A model generated the notes under the pieces. That model was not told the DNA's origin. It saw nothing but the letters and a program-made list of their open reading frames with translations, and ran no database searches. A stretch of 30,898 nucleotides of DNA from Verrucomicrobiota bacterium (lineage in GTDB: Bacteria; Verrucomicrobiota; Verrucomicrobiia; Chthoniobacterales; UBA10450): NCBI GenBank assembly GCA_003219115.1, contig QHPN01000101.1, positions 1 to 30,898 of the forward strand. Direction: 5' to 3'. The translations under genes were made by a program, and so were the position numbers. Every line of letters starts with the position of its first letter. Position 1 is the stretch's first letter. This document shows positions 9,827-17,817 of this stretch, piece by piece.

Positions 9827-9998
9827 CCGGGTAGCGCACGCGTCTCGCGTGTTGGTTTTCGCGTCTCGCGAAAACAATCTTCCCTATCAACCCTATTTTT
9901 TTCCCGCGACTGCGAGCGGAACGAAAAGTCCGCGATGACGAGACGTCATCGGTCCGAGCCGGACTGGCGTTAACGCGCGAGACGCACGCGCTACCCGG
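9827..9998. repeat. GTAG-tagged four-hairpin REPIN-like element, copy B (with 18-nt insert)
   Basis: 30 bp identical to copy A at 9829-9858 and 26 bp identical at 9926-9951. Extra gtccgagccggactggcg at 9952-9969. Confidence 0.95.
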
Positions 9999-10084
9999 AG
10001 GATTGTCCGCGCGCTCTCACGTTGGGAAAGAGAAAACAAATTCTTTGACCGCCAATCGACAATTAGCTTCAGAATAAAAACGCG

Positions 10085-10190
10085 TGTCATCCCGGGTCGC
10101 GAAGACGACGAGGGACCTCGCAATGACGGAGTAGCCGACCGATCCAAGTTGCGTCACGAATACCCATAGGTGAGATCCCTCGGGATGACA
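10085..10190. repeat. TGTCAT-family palindromic doublet, copy 3
   Basis: tgtcatcccg/cgggatgaca terminal IR. The left unit tgtcatcccgggtcgcgaagacgacgagggacctc is nearly identical to 1186-1220. The right unit lacks the internal hairpin. Confidence 0.85.
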
Positions 10191-10251
10191 GACAAACTGC
10201 GTGCGCACGACATTAATAGCCATCGCTATGTCCGGCTTACGTTGAATCGCA

Positions 10252-10671
10252 TCAGGACGCAATCCTCTTGGTCAACACCAGTTCCGTCCCGCGCTGGCGT
10301 AAAATATAGTCAACCTGATCAAAGGCGTTGCGGATCATCATCAGGCCGAGCCCGCCCGGCCGGACAACTTTATTGCGTCGGCGCTGCAGCGCTTCCGCCG
10401 CCGGCTGCATTCCATAATCACGCAGCCGCATTCGCACACAATCCTGCCGATGCTCGAGAGAAAGTGCGATGAGCTGGTCGTCGCGCAGCTCGTAGGCGTG
10501 CCGGATAATATTGGTGCACGCTTCATCAACACCGAGCACCATCAAGGTGCGATCGCGCTCGGGGATCGGCAGGTTATCTAAAAATTTTCTCACGAAACTG
10601 CGCATCAGAGAGAGATTCCCAGGATGACTGGAAAACTCGAGATTGCGCTTTTTCATTCCGACCGCAGTCAT
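10252..10671 (-). CDS. RsbW/SpoIIAB-like anti-sigma factor (HATPase_c fold)
   Basis: LMVLGVDEACTNIIRHAY (N box), LRDYG (G1) and GGLGLMMI (G2). Start placed at 10671 (alternative 10656) rather than the ORF-track 10779. Confidence 0.85.
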   Translation of the reverse strand: MTAVGMKKRNLEFSSHPGNLSLMRSFVRKFLDNLPIPERDRTLMVLGVDEACTNIIRHAYELRDDQLIALSLEHRQDCVRMRLRDYGMQPAAEALQRRRNKVVRPGGLGLMMIRNAFDQVDYILRQRGTELVLTKRIAS

Positions 10672-10679
10672 GCTGGCGA

Positions 10680-10688
10680 AGGTTATCA
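10680..10688 (-). promoter_or_regulatory. Extended -10 element, probably leaderless anti-sigma gene
   Basis: Minus strand TGaTAACCT, 8 nt before the ATG at 10671. Confidence 0.4.
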
Positions 10689-10821
10689 TCGCTTCAAGTG
10701 TCGGATGACAGAATAATTCATGCCGGACATTGAGATTTCTGGGTAGCGGCGGAGGCTCCGGAGCGAAAAAAACGCGCATACCCGATTGGACACAATTACA
10801 AACCGCGCTTCAATTTCCCGC

Positions 10822-11524
10822 ATGTCGAAAAGTTTTGCCGCGCTCTTCCTACTTTCTGCGTCCGCTGTTTTCGCGCAAACCAATGCCACTGCCTACGATG
10901 CGCTTCGCACCGTCGGCAATAAGCTGAATCGTGACTACGTTAATCGCGTAGTTTCGGTCACCGGACTCGACGGCAACCCCCAACCGTCGACCTGGAGAAT
11001 TCTGATTGATGATCGAAACGCCCACGGGATTCGCGAAGTCGAGGTGAAAGACGGGAGTGTTACTGCCAATCGAATGTCCGATCGTAATGTCGTCGGAACA
11101 GCGCAAGGCGCGACGATTAATCCGGCGCATTTGAATCTGGACTCGAGCGGCGCGTATGAGGTGGCGAGCCGCACCGCCGACTCTTCGCACGTGCCTTTCG
11201 CGTACGTCTCTTCGCACGAACGCACGCGGTGATGGCACCTGGATTGTCACTTTACAAAACCAACATCACCGCCCCGTCGGCACAATTTACATTGGCGCAA
11301 ACAAGGGAACAGTGACGCGCACCGAGGGCATGTTTGCTGGCGCCCCGATGGACGCGGTGGTCGAAGATCATCGCGAGGGAAATGTCGAGTACGAAGAGCG
11401 GAGTAGCGACAATCCGATCATGCGCAGTGTCCGGCACACGTTTTACCGGGCGCGCGAACAGGCCCTCGAAACGTTCAAACGCGTGCGTCACAATTTTGCC
11501 GATTTTATCCGCGGCAACGACTAA
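10822..11524 (+). pseudogene. Secreted hypothetical protein split by a frameshift near 11210
   Basis: Signal peptide MSKSFAALFLLSASAVFA. Frame 1 ends ...PFAYVS and protein-like sequence continues in another frame as LRTNARGDGTWIVTLQ to the stop at 11524. The joined length of 703 nt is not a multiple of 3. Confidence 0.6.
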
Positions 11525-11526
11525 CC

Positions 11527-12460
11527 GTGGCGGAGAATTCACGCGAACAAATCTGGCCTGCGCTCGATTATTCGGAGTGGCGGGAGACATGCGTGACATT
11601 GCAGTTGTGGACGCAGATCATCGGTAAGATCAGGCTGGCTCTCGGGCCCTGGATCAACCATTCGTGGGGTGTTACTTTGTATGTGACGGCGCGCGGGTTG
11701 ACCACGTCACTCATTCCCTATGGTTCACGCGCATTTGAAATCGAGTTTGATTTCATCCGGCACGAATTACGTATTATCACGGCAGAGGGCGATGAGCGTG
11801 TGATCATGCTGCAACCGCAGAGTGTCGCGAATTTTTATCGTCAGGTAATGGACAACCTTGCAGATCGGAATGAAGCCGAACGAAACGCTGGAAGCGATCC
11901 CGTTCGATCGCGATGAGAAACACGCGGCTTACGATCCGGAATATGCCAATCGATTCTGGCGCGTGCTTTTGCAAGCCGATCGGGTTTTCAAGGAATTTCG
12001 TTCGCGTTTCTGCGGCAAATGCAGTCCGGTGCATTTTTTCTGGGGCAGTTTCGATCTGGCAGTGACACGTTTCTCCGGGCGACCGGCGCCGGCGCATCCG
12101 GGCGGCATTCCGCATTTACCCGATGCGATCACGCGCGAAGCCTATTCGCAGGAGGTGAGCAGTCTCGGGTTCTGGCCGGGCAACGATCAAATCTCGACGG
12201 CGCTCTTTTATTCCTACGCCTATCCTTCGCCTGATGGTTTCGCGGAGGCGAAGGTGAAACCGGCCGGTGCATATTTTCATTCGCAACTGCGCGAGTTTGT
12301 CCTCCCTTATGACGAAGTGCGCCGCGCGGAATCACCCGACAAGGCGATCCTAGAATTTGCGCAGAGCACTTATGACGCAGCCTCCACCCTGGCAAAGTGG
12401 GACCGCGCCGCCTTGGAGGAAGCCAAACCTTCCTTGCATTCGAGTGCTCGCTCACCGTAA
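11527..12460 (+). pseudogene. DUF5996 family protein split by a frameshift near 11859
   Basis: N half WPALDYSEW..TLQLWTQIIGKIRL..WINHSWGVTLYVTARGLTT and C half PVHFFWGSFDLAVTRFSGR..GFWPG..FYSYAYP lie in different frames. Joined length 934 nt. Confidence 0.75.
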
Positions 12461-12469
12461 TTATCAAAC

Positions 12470-13405
12470 ATGATTGGTGTGGATGGGGCGACCGCGGAGA
12501 AGGGCGCCTGGCGGGATGTTCCGCAAGGTTGGCGACAACTCTACGGCGATTTCAACAAACTCGGAGTCAGCGTAGAGTGGCACGATTTTCAAACACGGCG
12601 GTCCCTGGACTGGGGCCGCAGTTTTCACCCGCAAAGCATCGAGTTCTGTTTGAACCTCACCGGCCGTGGCGAGGTGCGAACGTCGCGCGCACGCAGTGAT
12701 TTTGTGCCGGGGACGTCTGGTTATTATGCCATGACCGATGATCCGTTTAGGGCGACCCGCGAAGCGAACGATCATCATCAATTCGTAACCTTGGAATTTT
12801 CGCGGGCGCATCTGCAAAAGCAGCTCGCGCAGAATGTCAGCGACCTCGGCGCCGCGATGCGCGAATCAATTTTTGAGAACGGTGTTCACATTTCTACTCC
12901 GCGTCCGATGACGTCAGAACAGCGCAAGGTTGTGGCTTCGCTGACCGAGCCGCCGGTCGCGAAGGCTGCTCAAATCTTATGGTATCAAAGCAAGGCGCTC
13001 GAGCTGATGGCGCATTTCCTTTTCGAACCGAAGGACCCGGAATTTTTTTGCATGCGCCAGAAACGGGTCGCGCGTGATCGGGTGGAGCGGACCAAGGAAT
13101 TACTCGCTCGCGATTTGGCGAACCCGCCGACGCTGGAGATGCTCGGTCAGGAAGTTGGGTGTAGTCCCTTTTATTTAAGCCGGATTTTTTCGCGCGAAAC
13201 TGGTCTCACCATCCCGCAATATCTCCGCAATATCCGGATGGAACGCGCCGCCGAGCTTTTGCGAAGCGGCCGGTATAACGTCACTGAAGCCGCGATCGAA
13301 GTTGGCTACTCCAGCCTGAGTCATTTTAGCAAAGCGTTCTGCGAAACGATCGGTTGCTGTCCTGTGCTTTATCCGGCGGCGAAGAACGTGATTCTCGATC
13401 GCTGA
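12470..13405 (+). CDS. AraC family transcriptional regulator
   Basis: 311 aa with a C-terminal double HTH: PTLEMLGQEVGCSPFYLSRIF...RMERAAELL...VTEAAIEVGYSSLSHFSKAF. Confidence 0.92.
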   Translation: MIGVDGATAEKGAWRDVPQGWRQLYGDFNKLGVSVEWHDFQTRRSLDWGRSFHPQSIEFCLNLTGRGEVRTSRARSDFVPGTSGYYAMTDDPFRATREANDHHQFVTLEFSRAHLQKQLAQNVSDLGAAMRESIFENGVHISTPRPMTSEQRKVVASLTEPPVAKAAQILWYQSKALELMAHFLFEPKDPEFFCMRQKRVARDRVERTKELLARDLANPPTLEMLGQEVGCSPFYLSRIFSRETGLTIPQYLRNIRMERAAELLRSGRYNVTEAAIEVGYSSLSHFSKAFCETIGCCPVLYPAAKNVILDR

Positions 13406-13414
13406 CGCGATCAC

Positions 13415-13492
13415 GTTAAATTGTTAAACCGTTAAAAAGTTAAAACGTGATTGTGAACCGTTTTAACATTGTAACCTTTTTAACGTTTTAAC
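13415..13492. repeat. Inverted pair of tandem octamer arrays: (GTTAAAnn)x4 then five (nnnTTAAC)-like units
   Basis: GTTAAA at 13415, 13423, 13431 and 13439 (8-bp period). Inverted units end in AAC at 13458, 13467, 13475, 13484 and 13492. Confidence 0.8.
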
Positions 13493-13500
13493 CCTTCCTG

Positions 13501-15024
13501 ATGAAAGTCATCCGCGCCCTTATTTCCGTTTCCGACAAGACTGGCGTTGCCGACTTCGCCCGCGCTCTCGAAAAACAGGGTGTCGATATTATTTCTACCG
13601 GCGGAACGGCGGAACTCTTGCGTAAGAAAAAAATCCCTGTGCGCGAGATTTCCAGTTTCACGGCTTTCCCTGAGGTGTTGGAAGGACGGGTGAAAACTTT
13701 GCACCCGCGTGTGCACGGCGGCTTGCTCTACAAGCGAGGCAACCCGAAACATGAAAAGGAGGCTCGCGACCAGGGCTTCGAGCCGATCGATCTTGTGGTC
13801 GTTAACCTTTACCCATTTGAACAAACGATCGCTAAACCGGATGTGGCGTTGGCTGAAGCGATCGAGAATATCGACATCGGTGGCCCGTCGATGATCCGCA
13901 GTGCCGCCAAAAATTACGAGAGCGTTACCGTTGTTGTCGATCCAACCGATTACGCTCTCGTGCTCGAAACGATGCGCGATAATGAAGGGGAGACGACGCT
14001 GAAACTTCGGGAGCGTCTTGCGATCAAAGCATTTATTAAAACTTCCGCCTACGATCGCGCGATCGGTACATTTCTGAACCAGGAACAAGCAACTGATGCG
14101 TCGTTTTCACTGATGATGCCGCTCGTTACTCATCTGCGTTACGGCGAGAATCCGCATCAAAAAGCCGCGCTCTACGGCGACTTCGAGAAGCATTTTGAAA
14201 AACTCCACGGCAAGGAATTGTCGTTCAACAACATTCTCGACATCAGCGCGGCTACCAGCCTGATTAGCGACTTTGACGAAGCGACAGTTGCGATTTTGAA
14301 ACACACGAATCCCTGTGGCGTCGGGAGCGATCCCGATCTGCGCGAAGCGTGGGAGAAAGCGTTCGCGACTGACAAACAGGCGCCCTTTGGCGGGATCATC
14401 GTCTGCAATCGCGAAATCGACGAATCGTTGGCCAAAGCCATCAGCGAAATTTTCAGTGAAGTCATTATTGCACCGGAATTTTCCGGAGAGGCGCGCACGA
14501 TTTTGCAAAAGAAAAAGAATCTGCGGCTGATTCGGCTGCTTGATCCGGCCACCGAACTCTTGCCGAAAAAGGATATTCGTTCCGTCTGCGGCGGTTTACT
14601 CGTGCAGGACGCGGATGTTGGCATTGAAGAAGCCGAACGCGTCGTCTCAAAACGTCAGCCGACGGAGAGCGAACTCAACGCGATGCGATTTGGTTGGCGT
14701 GTAGTCAAGCATGTGAAATCAAATGCCATCGTTTACGCTGGTCCAGATCGCACTCTGGCGATCGGCGCAGGACAAATGTCGCGCGTCGATTCTTCACGGA
14801 TCGCAATCTGGAAAGCGCAGGAAGCGGGGCTTTCCCTCAAGGGCAGCGCCCTCGCCAGTGACGCATTTTTTCCATTTCCGGATGGGCTTCTCGCCGCGGC
14901 CGATGCCGGTGCCAGCTGTGCGATTCAGCCGGGCGGCTCGGTGCGTGACGAAGAAGTAATCGCCGCCGCCGATGAGCGCGAGATGGCGATGATCTTTACC
15001 GGCGTCCGTCATTTTCGACACTGA
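13501..15024 (+). CDS. purH: Bifunctional AICAR transformylase / IMP cyclohydrolase
   Basis: 507 aa with [68 protein letters not shown] and TGVRHFRH. Confidence 0.98.
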   Translation: MKVIRALISVSDKTGVADFARALEKQGVDIISTGGTAELLRKKKIPVREISSFTAFPEVLEGRVKTLHPRVHGGLLYKRGNPKHEKEARDQGFEPIDLVVVNLYPFEQTIAKPDVALAEAIENIDIGGPSMIRSAAKNYESVTVVVDPTDYALVLETMRDNEGETTLKLRERLAIKAFIKTSAYDRAIGTFLNQEQATDASFSLMMPLVTHLRYGENPHQKAALYGDFEKHFEKLHGKELSFNNILDISAATSLISDFDEATVAILKHTNPCGVGSDPDLREAWEKAFATDKQAPFGGIIVCNREIDESLAKAISEIFSEVIIAPEFSGEARTILQKKKNLRLIRLLDPATELLPKKDIRSVCGGLLVQDADVGIEEAERVVSKRQPTESELNAMRFGWRVVKHVKSNAIVYAGPDRTLAIGAGQMSRVDSSRIAIWKAQEAGLSLKGSALASDAFFPFPDGLLAAADAGASCAIQPGGSVRDEEVIAAADEREMAMIFTGVRHFRH

Positions 15025-15028
15025 AACA

Positions 15029-15232
15029 ATGAGTCCACGCGAAGCGATAGAGTTTCAGATTCAGGCTTACCGTCAAATGACGGGGGAGGAGCGACTCGCG
15101 ATTGCATTGCGCATGCACGATCTGTCATGTGACGTCGCGCGGGAAGGAATTCGCCGGCAATACCCTGGCGCTTCTGAGGCCCAGGTAAATGAGTTGCTTC
15201 GTGCGCGTCTCCAGCTTGCCGTTCGCTCGTGA
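15029..15232 (+). CDS. Small helical putative antitoxin (MenA1/Rv0078B-like)
   Basis: 67 aa. ERLAIALRMHDLSCDVAREGIRRQYPGASEAQV resembles the RLALDM...RMRLGRERPNA pattern of MenA1 as I recall it. GTGA overlap with the next gene. Confidence 0.65.
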   Translation: MSPREAIEFQIQAYRQMTGEERLAIALRMHDLSCDVAREGIRRQYPGASEAQVNELLRARLQLAVRS

Positions 15233-15798
15233 ACGAACGCGAGTTGCTGGTCGACTGTTTGGAGCGGCTAAACAAGCTGGCTTTCCCGTATTACCTGACT
15301 GGCTCGATGGCGGGTAACTACTGGGGGATTCCGCGGACAACTCACGACATCGATTTCGTAATCGCGCTAGTTGCCGCCAACGTAGACAGAATTGTGGCGG
15401 CATTTTCGGACGTCTTTCACATTGACGAAAGGGCGGTGCGAGCGGCCTTCGATCCGCCACATCAGTTCAACGCCATCGATACGCGTTCTTCATTGAAAAT
15501 CGATTTTTGGCTGGCCCAACAAACGCCGTTCGAAAATTCAATGTTCGAGCGTCGAATGCACACGACGCTTTTTGGATCTGAGGTGTGGCTTGCCTCGCCC
15601 GAGGACGTCATACTGCACAAACTTTACTGGAATAAGATCACGCCCTCAGAACGCCAGCTTGGCGACGCGGCTGGAATCGTAGCCGTGCAGGGCGAACACC
15701 TTGACCGCACGTATCTTCTGCGTTGGAGCGATTCTCTGGGTGTTACAGATGACATAACCCGCTTATTGCGCGGGGAAATTCGGCCGAAGCAGAGCTGA
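15229..15798 (+). CDS. Nucleotidyltransferase-fold putative toxin (MenT1/AbiEii-like)
   Basis: 189 aa with YYLTGSMA...PRTTHDIDFV (G-S and DxD), KIDFW, ASPEDVILHKL and RQLGDA. Confidence 0.8.
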   Translation: MNERELLVDCLERLNKLAFPYYLTGSMAGNYWGIPRTTHDIDFVIALVAANVDRIVAAFSDVFHIDERAVRAAFDPPHQFNAIDTRSSLKIDFWLAQQTPFENSMFERRMHTTLFGSEVWLASPEDVILHKLYWNKITPSERQLGDAAGIVAVQGEHLDRTYLLRWSDSLGVTDDITRLLRGEIRPKQS

Positions 15799-15836
15799 AC
15801 CGTGCATGATCCTTTCCGCCGGGATTCTCCGCGGCG

Positions 15837-16949
15837 CTATGGTTTAAATGTAATCGGCACGACGAGGCTCCACTCGCGCCCGGCTTCCGAGCGCCACTCG
15901 TGAAGTGCGGAGACGGCTGCTTGATCGAGGGCGGAATTGCCGGTCGAGCGCATGGTTTGAACCGCGACGGCCCGCCCATTGGCATCGAACGAAACGCGGA
16001 AGCTGCCCGATGGCTGTCCGGCACCCCGCGGTTGTTTTGCTTCTGATGGATAACGCGGAGCGGGCGCGTAAACCAGCTTTGATCCTTTTAGCGGGATTTT
16101 CGATGGTGTCGCCGTTCGAGCCGGCGTTGCCGATGATGCCAGTGTCGTTACATGTGATGCAGCCGTCAGATTCTGCCAGCTCGCGGTCACGTTCGATGAA
16201 ACCTGCGACAGAAGTGTTGCAGCCGCGGCGGCCGATCTGATCGTGCACGAATTGCTTCCGGCGCGAAACGTCGCCACGCCGATGAGCTCGCCTCGTTGAT
16301 TGATAACCGGTGCGCCCGCGATCGTTTTCGATAATGCCGGCGTAACATCGAACCATTCTCCCGCTTCGTCGGTAAAGCGGCCGCTTATTTTCTCCTCCAA
16401 CAGGACCGGGTTTGTCCGTTCGATCGGACTGAGAACGATTGCGACTTCGTCGCCAGCATCCGGCAGTGCGCTCGCGCTCGACACAAGAAACGGTACCGGA
16501 TGGGTCGCGTCCGCTTTCAAAAGAACCAAACTTTGTGACGCAGTTTGGGTGAGGGCGCCCGAGACATTGTAAATTGCCCCGTCTGCGACTTTTGCCACGG
16601 CATTAGCTCCGCCTGTGATGACGCTGCGATCCGCAATGAATTTTCCGTCACCGGAAACGAAGAAGCCGTGACCGTTTGCACTCAAATGTCCTGTTTCATC
16701 GAAGACTGAAACAATGACAACGGCAGCGCGAATCCGTTGTGCCACTTCGATAAAAACGCTTGTCGGAGTCTGTGACCGCTGTGGCGTAGGTGTTGCGCTC
16801 GATTCAACCGGCGCCGACGTGGCCGACGTGGCCGGCGTTGACGCGGTAGAAAGGGGAGAAGGTTCAGGGGCGCGAACAATCGAAGTTTTGCGCTCACACG
16901 AGACAAGCATGCACAGAACGAGAATGAAACAAACCCCGCCGGCTCTCAT
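15837..16949 (-). CDS. Predicted lipoprotein: triad-less trypsin-like (S1) domain fused to a TonB C-terminal domain
   Basis: Start at 16949, MRAGGVCFILVLCMLVS|C (lipobox LVSC). S1 pattern GHGFFVSGDGKF...LVLLK...AGAPVINQRGELIGVA. TonB_C pattern PRYPSEA..G..RVSFDANG...STGNSALDQAAVSALHEWR..VPITF. Confidence 0.8.
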   Translation of the reverse strand: MRAGGVCFILVLCMLVSCERKTSIVRAPEPSPLSTASTPATSATSAPVESSATPTPQRSQTPTSVFIEVAQRIRAAVVIVSVFDETGHLSANGHGFFVSGDGKFIADRSVITGGANAVAKVADGAIYNVSGALTQTASQSLVLLKADATHPVPFLVSSASALPDAGDEVAIVLSPIERTNPVLLEEKISGRFTDEAGEWFDVTPALSKTIAGAPVINQRGELIGVATFRAGSNSCTIRSAAAAATLLSQVSSNVTASWQNLTAASHVTTLASSATPARTATPSKIPLKGSKLVYAPAPRYPSEAKQPRGAGQPSGSFRVSFDANGRAVAVQTMRSTGNSALDQAAVSALHEWRSEAGREWSLVVPITFKP

Positions 16950-17033
16950 TGTCTTAACGACATCCCGTGCCGGTCGCCGACTCAAGGATAAAATCAGCGA
17001 TAGTGGTTGTGGCGCGCTTGGAGGGCGGGATCT

Positions 17034-17058
17034 GGCAGGTGAAGCGCCTGCCCTACAA
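17034..17058 (-). repeat. Single GTAG-tagged REP half
   Basis: Minus strand ttGTAGggcaggcgcttcacctgcc, forming a ggcagg/cctgcc hairpin. Confidence 0.45.
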
Positions 17059-17112
17059 TCGATCGTTCGCGCGACGCAAAACTTGTAGAGCAACCTCCGC
17101 TTGGCGAATTAT

Positions 17113-17640
17113 CTATCGTGGCGCCAAGCTCTTCTTTCGCATCGATGCCGCTTGAACAAGCACCCCGAAAAGCACGAGCGCACTGAACAACAAAATCTCG
17201 CCGGTCGGCGGCAAAGAGATCGCGCTCGTGATCAGATGGGCGCCAATCAGTGACGAGACAAAGATCAGCGCCCAATCAAACAACATGAGGAGCAGCACTG
17301 TTCCGATCAATCCTCCAATAATAAAAATCAGCCAATAATGCGATGCATACTGCGCGACGAACATTGCCACCAGACCGACAGCGAACCGGCCGCCAGCGAT
17401 AAAACCGACCAGGCCAATCGCCAATTTCTGCAGAAAAAGTGCGAGTAACGCGCCGATGAACCCAAGCAAGATTGCGAAGGTTAATTGTAGCAACGGTGTC
17501 GGGTCACTCACGATGTGCGACGTCAGGGTTACGCCTGCAGCAAACCCAATCGCTGCCACGCAAAGCCAGAAGAGTTTGCGACCAAGCAACAGGACGACTA
17601 CACCGATCGCAGCGCCCAGGATGGGGACGGAAAGATTCAC
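17113..17640 (-). CDS. DUF4203 (TM7S3/TM198-like) multi-pass membrane protein
   Basis: 175 aa, almost entirely hydrophobic and Gly-rich, with LLLGRKLFWL..AAIGFAAG and SSLIGAHLI patterns. GTG start. Confidence 0.7.
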   Translation of the reverse strand: MNLSVPILGAAIGVVVLLLGRKLFWLCVAAIGFAAGVTLTSHIVSDPTPLLQLTFAILLGFIGALLALFLQKLAIGLVGFIAGGRFAVGLVAMFVAQYASHYWLIFIIGGLIGTVLLLMLFDWALIFVSSLIGAHLITSAISLPPTGEILLFSALVLFGVLVQAASMRKKSLAPR

Positions 17641-17663
17641 GAATTGGCTTGGCGTATCACTTT

Positions 17664-17753
17664 TGTCATGTCGAGCGCCAGTCGAGACATCTCTTAATTT
17701 ATTTTCTTGCCGGCCGTTAAGTTAGAGATTCGTCGACTCTGCTCGGAACAACA
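17664..17753. repeat. TGTCAT-family palindromic doublet, copy 4
   Basis: Left tgtcatgtcgagcgccagtcgagacatctc and degenerate right agagattcgtcgactctgctcggaacaaca. Confidence 0.75.
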
Positions 17754-17817
17754 AATGGTAGAGAAGCCTCAAGATAGAGCGTGCCGCCAGTGGTCAGTCT
17801 ATCTATCATATGATCTT

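Noticed and set aside
8567-10190. CRISPR array
   Set aside because: The repeats are long palindromes at irregular spacing without repeat-spacer periodicity, and no cas genes are present.
8547-13415. Shared 13-mer tgacgcgatcacg upstream of xseA (8547) and purH (13403)
   Set aside because: Only two copies, one begins at the araC stop codon, and the 5-nt half-site spacing does not fit CRP/FNR. It may be chance.
13406-13500. ZTP (pfl) riboswitch upstream of purH
   Set aside because: The gap is filled by the AT-rich octamer array and has no GC-rich P1/pseudoknot pattern.
16414-16429. gtccg-ttcgat-cggac in the TonB fusion gene as a further micro-insert
   Set aside because: It has a longer loop, lacks the tggcg tail, and encodes ordinary domain sequence (SPIERT).
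16950-17093. 48-aa extension of the TonB fusion
   Set aside because: It runs through a REP half, and the lipoprotein signal begins at 16949.
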